64,000 bases of DNA from Raillietiella orientalis. Its lineage: Eukaryota. The DNA lies in the NCBI GenBank assembly GCA_036172245.1, contig JAYWIR010000052.1:434001-498000 (forward strand), read 5' to 3'. A model generated the notes under the pieces. That model had not been told where the DNA came from and made no database searches. It saw only the letters and a list, made by a program, of their open reading frames with translations. The translations under genes and the position numbers were made by a program. Position 1 is the first letter of the stretch. The number at the start of each line of letters is the position of its first letter. This document shows positions 48,601-59,762 of this stretch, one piece after another.

Positions 48601-51600
48601 GTAGATGGGCAGCACACGGAGGGTTGCGGGACCGGGAATGGAGGAGGGGGGCGGAGAGGGAGGACCGCCTTCAGCTCTCTCTTCTTTCTCCTTCTTTCCC
48701 GAAAGTGAAAGAAAGGGAGGAGAAAACGGAAAAAGGGGAAGAGGAAAAAGAAATGGGGGGAGTCTGGCAGTGGTGGGCCCTAACTTGCGCTGCAGCGGCA
48801 GCGGTTCCCGGTAGTTGCGCTATTGGCCTTTACTGGCTCTCATCAGTGCCATCATCACCTTCACCCCCCCCCCCCCCCCGGCCTCTCTACTCCTCCCGTC
48901 GCCATCGGAAGCGGTGGAGGCACTCGCTCCCTCTCCCCTGCCGGCACGTCGTCGGCCCGGCGACCGCCCTCGGGCGCGCGCGCATGGGCGCGGAGACGGG
49001 TAATGCGATGATGGATTGCCCCTCTCCTGGTCCCCTGGAAACGAATGAATAAATAAAGGAAAGCGCCGTGACGCACGCGGGAGGACGGGGGGAGGGAGAA
49101 GAGGATAAAAAAAGATAAAAAAAAAAGAAAAAGACAGGGAGAGGGAAGAGGAGAGGAAGGCTTTTCCGTGGGAGTCCCGGTTTCCTCGGGCGCTCGGGAG
49201 TCGGGAGATGGGTTCGGGGAATCGCGACCGATGCTAAAAGGCGGGAGAGGGAGGGGAGGGAGAGCGGGCAAGCCGGCGTGGATCACGGAGCGGTGCCTGC
49301 TAGGAGGAGGAATCCGCTGCTTCCCCGGCGATCCATCATCCCGGGATGTCACCTGGGATAACGCGCGCGCGTCTCTCCCTCCTCCAGCGCAGTTGCATAT
49401 TAAAAACTCTCTCTCTCTCCTCCCCCCCCTTCGTCTCCCCTCCCCCCCTCTCTCCCCCGTCGCGATCCCGGAAAAATTCCGCCACCTTCCTTTTGTCGGT
49501 TCCGGGATGCAAACGGGGAGGAGGAGGAAAGATGAAGCAATCCTTTTTTATCATTGTAATTTCCGCGCCCCCATCCCTCTTCCTCCACTAATTCCCCGTG
49601 ACAGCCCGGCAGCGATTTGAAAAATGGCTGTTCAAAAATTGATAAGCCTATCTGGAGGGAGCAAATGTTCCTCCTCCCGCTCCCGTTCCCGCTCCCCGCT
49701 CCCGCGCAGTGGCGGCTTTTCATATCTGCAGCCCTGATGGACACGGCAGCGCCGGAGCATTAATCATGAAGATGTCTGCTTCTCCCATTTTCTGTCATCA
49801 AAGGAAAATAACCGGGGTGGGGGGTGGGGGTGGAAGATGGAGGAAAAGAGGATGGAGGGAGGGCGAGAAGGAGGAAGCAAAAAGGCCGAATTCCTCCACC
49901 CCTCCCCTCCCCTCCCTTCCCCGAATCGGATCCCCTGATCCGTTGCGCCCGCGTCTTGAAACATCCTCCGGGCCGAAGGCGACGACAAGGCGACAGCGAC
50001 CTTGCTACTTCTTCTGAGGCCTCCGCGAGGAGGAGGAGGAAGAAGAAGAAGGCGAAGGTCGGGACGCCGCCGACGCAGTAGGAGTCCCTCGCGCTCGCTG
50101 GCCGGTGACGTGCTGCACCAACCAGCCTCCTCCCTCCTCTTCCCTTCCTCCTCCTGGATCGTTCGCCCCCGGGGATCTTCGAGAGGCCGGAACACTAGTC
50201 CCGGTCACCAGTTCCCGCGTGTCCTCTCTGTCCCGGACTGGGATGAACCCCGAAGGGGATAAACGGAGAGATTTTCACCCTCACACACCCTTTGAGGGTG
50301 CAGGCGAGACGCCTCCTCCTGGCCGCGTTGCGAGCTGGGTCTCGTGCTGCCCGCGAAGCTAGCGGGAGAAGGGAGAGCAGGAGGAAAACGGATTCACCGG
50401 ACCGCGAGGGCTGAGAGAGGGCGGGTCTTCAGGGGGAGGAGGAAGTACTGGGCACCCAGGCCAGGGAGAGAGATCCCCTCGCGTCCGGGACTATCAATGC
50501 GAGTAGGAGGAGGACGAGGAAGAGGAGGAGGAGCTCGTCCCGCAGCCCCGATCGATCTCCCATCCGGGATGAAGCGGAGCTTCGGACAGGTTTCGGCTCC
50601 GCCCGATCCGAGCCTCGCCAGCAACAGATGCGCCCGTGACGCAGCTTCCGCAATCGAGGCTGCGGGAAAGGGGAGGGGGAGGAGGGGAGGGAAAGCGAAA
50701 TCTCCGGATGGAGCCAACGAGGAATCGCGGTTGTGGACGCCTCGGGATTCTTCAATCCCCGGAAACTGCTGCGCGCTCTCTGCCCCTCTCCTCACCCTTC
50801 CTCCTTTTCGTCCCTGGCTTTTTCGTTTTCCCGGCGGCCCCTTCTTCCCCGCACTCCTCCATCCGGGAGCGCAACAGTCCCTTGAGCAGAGTAAGAAGTC
50901 TCTTTCTTCCTCTGATTCCATCTTCTCACCCTGCACTTCCCGGACTCCCAGGCGCCTCCCTCAGTCCCGGTCGCCGAACGCCGGCGGGACCGACGCCTCC
51001 GTTCAGCTCGATTCATCACCCTGCGACCTACTCAGCGTCAGAAGGATGAAAAACAAGAGCAGAAACAATGCATGGGAGAGGAGCTTCACACGCGACCATC
51101 GGAGCGTCCAAGGAACGGAAGACCAGGAAGCTTCTGGTCAGCAAGGAGCCCACGTCATCAGCCAGTCCCTCACGCTCAATTTCGCTTCTTCGCCCTCCTG
51201 CCTTTCTTCCTCGCCCTCGCTGGGGAGGGAAGAAGGCAAGGAGAGGTTGCGAAAAAAAAAAAAAAACTCTTACACCCTGGTGCATCACCCCACCTTCGAA
51301 AAGTTGCCGTTGACCGCCACAGCAGAAACGAAAGCGCTCATGGAGCAGGCAGTCCACATGGATCCAAAGGAAGGAAGGATGGAGGAGAATCCCTCGGGCA
51401 ACGAAACCGGGAATCAAACATCGCATCCTTCTCCGTCCATGAGCTAGCGTCCCCTTCTCACGTTTTCCCCTACGGACTTTCACTCCCTTGGGGTGGCCCC
51501 CTCTTGCTGGGAAAGGATCTCATTCGATGCACGAGAAAAGGAGGCGAGGAGGTGCCACGGTTACTGTAAACACGCACGCATCCCCTTCCTGTTCCAAAGA

Positions 51601-51915
51601 ACGCACGCTCCAACGCGCGTTTCGTGGTCACTGGCACGCGGGAGCTCTCTTTAACCGGTAATAATGCGTTGTACGCGCGGGGCGGTCTCTGGAGTCGCGC
51701 GATGGTCGCTAGGATGGTGGGAAGGGACGTAGTCAGGGGGAGAATCCAGTCTGCCCGTGGTCAGAATAGCGAGCATAGGCGCGCAGCACCCCGTGGTTAA
51801 CCACCGCTTGGCTCGCACCCCATGTCGAGGGGGGATGGCTTTGACATAATAAGGGGAGGGTCTGCTGACTCGTCCTGGGATCTGACGAGCTCTCAGGCGC
51901 CTGTCTTCTTTCCAG

Positions 51916-51992
51916 AATCAGAGAGTCCAGCAACGAGTCGGACCAGACCATGGCCATGGACGCCAAGCCCGCCGAGTTGTCTTCGCAAAGCG
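51916..51992 (+). CDS. dac: Dachshund coding exon 5 (may read through in frame to 52487)
   Basis: Acceptor TCTTCTTTCCAG. In phase it reads (R)IRESSNESDQTMAMDAKPAELSSQS. It is followed by a putative 66-nt GT..AG intron with no stop codon, so the 3' boundary is uncertain. Confidence 0.8.
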
Positions 51993-52058
51993 GTAGCAAG
52001 AAGCCGGGGAGGGGGGGGGGAGAAAGAGGGACAAAAGGGTCACTTGGCGGTCTTGCAG

Positions 52059-52487
52059 ACATGACTGACCACCAGAGCCCCGTTCTGAACCTCAGCAAGA
52101 ACGTTGATCTCAGGGAGGGAAGCGAGAGCGACGTCGGCGAGGAGTCGCTTCAGGAAGCCGACGAAGACCTCTCCGACATCGAGGAAGACACCTCCAGGGA
52201 CAACGGTGAGCATCTTCCCATCCCAGACGATCCACAAATCCTCCCGCGGGGAGCGGGGGGCCGGGCAGACGACCTGGAGGATGCGGACGTATCCATGGAG
52301 CTGAAAATGGACAGGAACCGGCTGCCATACCCAGGGAGCCAGCCACCGCACGCAGCGACGCCCTTCGTGAGTTTTGGAAGCATCGACATCTCTTCCACGG
52401 AGATGCTCCTGCACAACATCCAAGGCTTGCTGAAGGTCGCGACCGACAACGCAAGGCAACAGGAGCGTCAAATCAAGTACGAAAGAG
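52059..52487 (+). CDS. dac: Dachshund coding exon 6: SPVLNLSK motif, acidic stretch, start of DD2
   Basis: Encodes HQSPVLNLSK...ISSTEMLLHNIQGLLKVATDNARQQERQIKYER, the DD2 N-terminal signature. Donor G|GTGAGT, phase 1. Confidence 0.93.
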
Positions 52488-55400
52488 GTGAGTCGGCGGC
52501 GTTCCTCCCCATCTCTTCCCCTGGTTCCGCGCCCCCCTTTTTCCGAGCAGCCGCTTGACGGCTTCCGGATCTGGGGGAAGGGGGTGACCACGCATGTTGT
52601 TCCCTCCCTTGCCCCCCCGCCGGTCAGGCGCCGGCATTGTCGTCGGGTACCTCGCCTCTTTCTGCCCTTCCGCCTGCTCACCTTCCTCTCGTGCGAGAGA
52701 GACGGGGGAACTCTTGGCGGTATCCCCGTGTCCCCACGTAGTCGTGTGGAACAGAGAGTGGCTCACTAGAGAGGTGGCAGCGGCGAGCGACGAGGGCTGC
52801 CGTGGTTCCGCTTGCTGTCACCGCCACCTCCTTGAGACGGTTCGCCTTCTCCCATCTGGAGGCACTTTTTAGGATCCCTTGCCTGAGGCGAGAGAGGTCA
52901 CTCAGACTTAGCAGGAGCACTGTGCTCCCCCGTTAGGAGCCACGAGGACCGCGGAGTGCCAGAGGCGACGCTGTCCTTCCTTTTCCGGATGGTGCACGTG
53001 TTCACCACGAGCGATGCTGGTGCAAGAGAGGAGGGAGGGAAAAAGGGAGCCTCGCAGAGGCGCATAGAAAGCCGACATTGCCAACCTCAGCCTCATCCTC
53101 CTTCCTCTCCCCATTTCTCCAGCGCACGAGCGCACTTGAGCGGGTCAGGCGAATCCAGCTGGTGGCGGCAAACTCTGGACTTTGGTCCCGCGGAGATCCG
53201 ACCAACCTGCTTCAGGAAGGAGGGAGAATAAAAACCCGGAGGGTCAGGTGCTTCGACGCGTGGGTGAAGGGGGCGGGTGCACAGGATCCCGCTTCCCGAG
53301 GCCGAAGAGGGGAGGTGCGCTTCTCTGTCTCCCCTCTGAGGCAGCATCCTTGCGAGGGGAGGGGAGGGGAGGGAGATAGGGAAAGAACAGTGAGGATGGG
53401 AGTGGAGATTCGTCTCCTTCTTCAGGTCAACGAGAGAACTGACGGCGTGTAAAAGTCCCCTTGCTCTCCCGAGATTCTTCTCTTCCTCCTCTTCCTCCTG
53501 CCCCTGCTCGTAACCGTCTTCTTCATCATCATCATCATCTTCTTATTCTGCTCCCCCTCCCCTCCCCCTTTTGTTAGAGCACGACGGCCTTGGGTTCGAA
53601 CGGGGGGAAGGGAGGAAGAGGAGAGCGTCCCGCATCTCCAGAAGCCCTCGGAGCCACTGGCGCATCTCAAATCGCTTCTTAGAGACTCTCTATCCATCAT
53701 AAGATGCAAACGGTTTCCACACCGCCGAGCACTTCATTCGCTCCGTTAATGAGGAAAAAGGGAGAGCAGAAGAAGAAAGAAAAAAACGTAACATGGCAAC
53801 CGCTCTCCCGGGAGGAAACAAGCAGCCACTCGGACTCGCAAGAGAACTGGGTAGATGAAGAGAGGGAAAAACCAGACCAAAGCAGGCACCCTCGCTCCCC
53901 CTCCCGGCAAGCGGTGCGTGAAGTTCCTGTTGTCCCCCTCCCCCTTCTTTGTTGGATTGGGACGGAGCGGGAAAGGGTGCACTGCCTCCGAGAATGAGAG
54001 ACCCCATTGCCATGGACGTTTTCCCTCTTTCCACGTCGAGGACGGGTTCTTCTTCTGACTCCCGACCCTTCCGCTGCAAAGTCCCCTCTCTCGCCGTCGG
54101 GCATCAGCGCGGCATCGAAAGGTGAAATCAGTCTCCCCTCCTTCGTTCCTCCTGTGGCCACCACCTCTCCGCAGTAGCGACCAAGGGCTGGAGGCAGCAG
54201 GATGATCCTCTGGATTCCGTCCCATCGAACACGGTGCTCGCGCGCGCCTGCGCGTTCCCTCCCCTCCCTCGCATTCCGCTCACTCGAAAAACGTTCGGGT
54301 CGGCCGGCTGCTGTCTGCTCCGCCGGGGATCGTCCCCATGGGAATAGGGCGCCTCATCCGAACGGTCCCGACGCTGGCGTTACGAGCAGCGAGCGTGCAG
54401 CGCGAGACGCGCGCACGCCACGCCCTCGGGGTTTCGTGGGCACCTGCATTCCCTCAGGGAAGGATGCGTCTACGTCGCTCTTCGGCCAGGCATCGGCACG
54501 AAAAAGGTGCGCGAGCGGGGCCGTGCGGTCTCCCGCCTCCCTCTCCTCTCTCTCCTTCCGCCGCACCCGCAGCTTCAGGAGTCGCGCTGCCAAGGTGACG
54601 CCTAGCTCGTTCCTGACCTCGTCTTCCTCCTCTCCCCCTCGGCTGCTGCACACGGGCTCCCCCTCTGCTTCTGGCCCAGAAGCAGTAGGGGGGGGGGCGA
54701 CCGGTGCGTGCCGCCAGATTCCAAACGCGGGGAAAGGAACCAGGGAAGATTAGGGAGGGGAAGAACACGGGGATCTGCAGCTCACGATCTTTGCTTCCTT
54801 CGGATTGGACGGATTCCTACGGGAAGGAGGCAGCAGCTCTTGCACCCGCTTTCCCTTGGATGCGTCTCTGAACTCCCCTTTCCACCATCCCCAACTTTCT
54901 TTTCGAGTACGCGAAGGTCCTTCAGGAAGTGGGTTCCCCGAGGTACCCCCCCTTCAGGGAGGGGGGGTACCTCGGGAACTCTGCTTGGTGCGAGCGAGGT
55001 GCCTCTCGGGACGGACGGCGACCGCGTGGAGGGCTTCGGGACGTGGCTCGATTCGGTCCGAGAAGGCTCCACTGGAAGACCAGCCTTCCCCCCCCGGAGG
55101 AGGAAGGCACGCACTCAACGCTGGCGCTCCATTCCCAGGCGCTGCTTGTCGACTGTCTCACCCTGGAGCACCAACGAGTCTGCCAGTGGGAAGACGCAGG
55201 TCGCCGACGCGCCCCACTGGCACCCTCCTCCTTCCCTTTGGCTTAGCTGCTTCTTCCGAAAGGGCATCTTCTCTTCTCCCTTGCCCTCTTAGGTGACCTG
55301 CAGAAACGGAGGCAGTGTGGCCGCATCTACCACCGAAACCTTGGCCACCACGCTGTGGTTCGCCGGAGGGGGGGGGAGGGGAGGAAGCGAAGGATAGGCG

Positions 55401-56055
55401 ACCGCTTCTCTTTCCTCCCTTCTGCTCTCCCTTGCCTTTGCGTTTCAGGTGCGGGGAAGTCCTGGTAGTGCACCTGGGATGCTGGTCCCTCCCCTATTCT
55501 TTTGGGTGCCGGAGGGAGGGAAGAAGAAGGGGAGGATGAAGGGGAGGAGGAATGAGGACGTGGAGGAAGGGCAGGCACGGTGTGTCCGTCTCTCTCCCCT
55601 TTCTCACTTCTGCACGCTTCTTGAATCTTCGAGAAGGGAGGGCCAGAAAGATGGGAGTTAGCGGGCTCAGGACCGGCCGCGCCCTACAGGAGATCCCTCG
55701 GGCCAGGGATTCAGGGGGAAAGAATCGTCGTCATCGAGAGAAGCTCGCCGCCTATCACAGAAGCGTTCAGCGCGCTCCGCCCCTTTTCCGGTCTCCTCCG
55801 TCTTCTAGCGGCGACCGCTCAGATTCCTCTTCGTCTCCTTCCCCTTTGCACCTGCTCCCTGAGACTTCTGGCCGCTCTCGACCGCGCCTCGGAAGCGCGC
55901 GGTTTCGGCAACACACACACAAAAAAAAACAGCGAATATTCCTGGGGACGACCCCGTTCTCGTCCGCCCATGCTTCCCCGCAAGTCGCGCCATCCTCCTC
56001 TCCCTCCCCCCTCCCCCTTCCCCTCATCTTTCTCTAAATGTCCCCTTTCTTGCAG

Positions 56056-56139
56056 CCGAGCTGAAGATGGAGCTGGTGCGGGAGAAAGAGTCCAGAGAAG
56101 GCGTCGAGAAGCAACTCGCGGAAGAGCAAAAGCTGCGAA
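56056..56139 (+). CDS. dac: Dachshund coding exon 7 (DD2 coiled coil)
   Basis: Acceptor CTTTCTTGCAG. In phase it reads AELKMELVREKESREGVEKQLAEEQKLR. Donor A|GTAAG, phase 1. Not in the ORF track. Confidence 0.94.
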
Positions 56140-56454
56140 GTAAGCTTCCGTCTTGATCTTTCGCTTGACCTTCCCCTCTTTTTCTTATGCTGACCATCCG
56201 TGAGCTGGGGACTCCCGCCCTTCCTCCCCCAGCCAGCCTCCCCGGTCCTCCCCGCCCCCTCGAAGACATCTACTACTTTCCGGGTGGATGAGCGTGGTAG
56301 GGGGGGGGGGGGAAGGGAAGGGTGCAAAGGGGGAGAGAGAACACTCCTTCTTCTTCCAGGATTCCATCGTTATCGCCGGTGCAATATTCCGTTTACGAGA
56401 GTCCCGTTTACCGCGCCTTATCCAGAAACATCCTCTCGGCAGTCTCGGGATCGG

Positions 56455-56515
56455 CTTAGCAACGCCTAATCGCATCCCGGGTTCTTAGCAACGCCTAATC
56501 GCATCCCAGGTTCTT
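56455..56515. repeat. 29-bp tandem duplication (2 copies) in dac intron
   Basis: CTTAGCAACGCCTAATCGCATCCC(G/A)GGTT at 56455 and 56484. Confidence 0.95.
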
Positions 56516-59500
56516 CCTCATCCCAGAGGATATTAAAAAGCGGCTTTAATAACAGGGGCTAACGTCGTCCCGGAAGTTTTCCCATTTCCGTGCGCGCACA
56601 GCGGCCAGGAAGGAAGGACGGCTGGCGTACCTACAGCCACGAATGACCCCTCACCTCTACTCCCGCAGGCGGGAAGAGAAACCCACAGGGAGAGGATCGA
56701 ACTGAGGAGCCTCACGCTCAGTCCCTCGAAGCCTCTCCTCTGAAGGGGTTTTCGACGGAGTTTTGTGGAAGTGGGGGAGGGAAAGAGGGAAGCGACCGAG
56801 TAGGGCAGGAGGAGGAGAAGGAGGAGGTCCGTCCCCGGGACGATGCTCCTCCCTTTCTTCCTGTCCCCTTTTTCCTTGCTCCCTTTCCAGTACCTGGACG
56901 CGATCACGAAAAGTCTGGGACTTTTCCGGGGATTGGGAGAAAGGAGAAAGAAGCTGTCCCTGGACTCCGATCGCTCCTTTCCCTCGATCTTCCATGGAGA
57001 AGGACACCCTTTCTTCGGGCTGGAGACACCCTCCCCCCGCCGCAAGGAGTAGGGACGTCGAGCCCGTGTCCCCCATATCCCTCCCCACCCCCCATGTTGC
57101 ACGCTCTTGTTCCCCTTGCCCAACTCCAGCGCTTTCCACGCTTTGACGGCGGCGTCCGCACTTTTCCACTTGCCGAAACGTTCGGCATCCTCCAGCTGCA
57201 GGGGAAGCGAGCCGGGGCCATTTCCTCGTGCCTTTCCCTTTTTCGTCCCGCCCCGTGCTCTCGGGCGAACATCAGCCTCCACGCCCACGAGGGTGTCATC
57301 CCTCACCCAGGATGCACGCCCCGCTCCCGTAGCTGCGTTTCCACACCAACGTTCCGGTGGCGCAGGTCTCTCCGGCACCCTCCCACCGGGCGCAAGGACG
57401 GGGCAGGGATGAGGGAATCCTCCGAATCACTTCCCCGTCTCGCGACGCCCCTCGCCCCGTGTGGTGCTTGCGACCATGGAAGGGGTGCCGCGCTTGTTGC
57501 GAGGACGCCACATCCCGTGGGGAAGGGAGGGGGGGAAGGGAGGGGCGAGCGGAAGGAGGAGGAATCGACTCCTCTGGGACCATCTGGCAAGTCGCCGCCG
57601 GTAGGTGCGTGGCGCGCGTGTGCCATGCGTGACACCGCGAGCTCGCGTGACGCCGACCGCGTGGAGTGCAAGGGCGCCCGCGTGTGCTCAGTGTGGCGAG
57701 AAGGCTCCCCTGTCCCCCTCCCCCCTCCTCCCCTGTTCCCCGAGGCCTGAAATTCGGCTTCCCGTAAGGGACAGCGGCTGCAAATCAAAAAAAAGGCCCC
57801 CAGGCGGAATGAATGGCCGCAGCTAGCTTCGAGATACCGGAGGGGTGCGGAGGTCGCCGCGGGCAGGGAAGGAAGGGGGAAGGGAGAGGACGAGTCACCG
57901 AGGGGAGCATCCCTCCGAGGTCCGTGGACAGAGGGATGACCTACCCCTACCCCGGAAGAGCAGGAGACCTTAAACTTGCCCTCACGCCGGAACCCTCGCA
58001 GACGGCGACGATGCTACGCGTGAGTGCCCCCATATTCCGTCCACTCACAGGGAGGGAAAGGGACCCACGGTGGGAACCGGGAAAGCTCCAGCAGGCCGCA
58101 GCACTCACCTCCCGGCGAGGGTCACTCATCCCGGGAGCTCCAGCGCCATGAGGCGGTTCTGTGGCCCATGAGAGTTCGGACAAAAAGGGAGAGGAGGAGG
58201 AACAGACCCCTCCTCCCCCTCCTCTCTTTCCCTCTCTCTCTCCCTGGTCATCTCTGCTCCTCCTCCCTGAAGTCTTCCAACGCTCCAACCCAACGAGAAA
58301 GTGAGCAGCAGCCGAACCGAACCGATCTCCGCTCTCTCGCCATCCCCGTGGTAACGACGAAGGAACTCAGCAGCGAGCGCTGTCGCGTCGCCGTGCGCGC
58401 GCGAGTGGGGAGGGGGAAGAAGCGCCCCTCTGGAGTCTCTCCCCACCCCTCCCTCAGAGCGTTCCGAGCTGCTGCTCCTCGGGAATCCGCGCGTCCCCCG
58501 TGGGTCCTCTCTTTAGCGCCTCCTCCTTGCACTACAAGAGCATTTCCCCTTCCTCCCTCATCCTCCTCGTTCCTCCGGAGACTGCTTCCCTCCCTGCGGT
58601 CGAAACGAAGGGTGAGGGTGGAAGACTGGGGAGAGAACCCTTTGACACCGGGAGGGCGAGGGAGCAGCGCCCCTTCCCTTCCCCTTCCCTCTCGAGGTTG
58701 CCGCTTCGGGTTTCCCTGTCCGACCGCAGTGCACGCTCCCACCTTCGCGCACGCCTTTGGGGATCCGTCCGGGAGCGAGAAAAGGTCAGAGGCGGGTCCC
58801 CTGAGTAGGGAGCCTTCCAGAGTCTCCATGTCCACCTTTTGGCCAGCCTCGTGGTCTCCTCCGAATCCGCGCGCGCGCCCGGGACTTATCCTCCGCAGCA
58901 TCCCGCGGGCACCGTCACGCGACCTTGGGGTTCACCACAGGTGGGGGAAGGGGAGAGGAAGTTCTTTGAAATTCGACTTTCCCAGATTTGATCCCAAGCG
59001 ATCCGCGCACCGACTGAGGTACCCGTCGTCTTGGAAACCTCTGGGACCAGATGCTCTTCGGGCGCGCACCCGCCGATTCTCTGCGTCTGGTTGCCTGAGG
59101 CGCCACTGCTGGCTGAGCCTCACCTTGGACAAACAATGGTCGCGGGATCACTCACGCCGTGACGAACTGCTCCGGGAAGGGGGGGGGGAAGAGGGAAGGA
59201 TCTTCCAGGTTCCCTGACTCCTGGAGCTCGCCCTGCCGCAGCGAACCGCCGCCAGCACCGCGACAGGCAGTGGCCCTCCGGCGCCTCCAGACGGCAGCAG
59301 CGTTCTCTACCTTTCCCTTTTTTCTTTGGGAGGGGACTCCCTTCTCGGTGGTGGGGGAGAGGCCGGGCCGCCTCACCGCGGAAGCGGGAAACGTCGGAAG
59401 AGGGAAAAAGGGGAGGCAGGAGAACAGACGAAGAGACTCCTCCCTCGTTCGCTCCTCCGCCCCGTAGTCGCACAGCGCCTCTCCGGGAACAGCGGGAGTG

Positions 59501-59621
59501 CAGTGGTCCCTTCCTGCGGTATTCCGGGGAAATAACTTCGGAGAGCTGGAGAAAGGATGAGGGGGGGAAAGATCGCATTCGCTGCATCTCCCCATCTCCC
59601 ACACGCTTCCTTCTCTTCCAG

Positions 59622-59762
59622 ATGCCTTCCAGAGGAAGCTGAAGAGGGAAAAATCCCTTCGCAGGCGCCTGGCTCAGCAGCTGGAGCAGGAATGCAGGAT
59701 AAGAAGGAAGTACGAGGAAGCCTTGCGTTCCACATCCGCCGAGACGCTGCGGATGCTAAACG
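59622..59762 (+). CDS. dac: Dachshund coding exon 8 (DD2 coiled coil); gene continues, terminal exon not found in window
   Basis: Acceptor TTCTCTTCCAG. In phase it reads NAFQRKLKREKSLRRRLAQQLEQECRIRRKYEEALRSTSAETLRMLN, matching DD2 QKRLKKEKK.RR.LQE.LE. Donor G|GTGAG. Confidence 0.92.
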
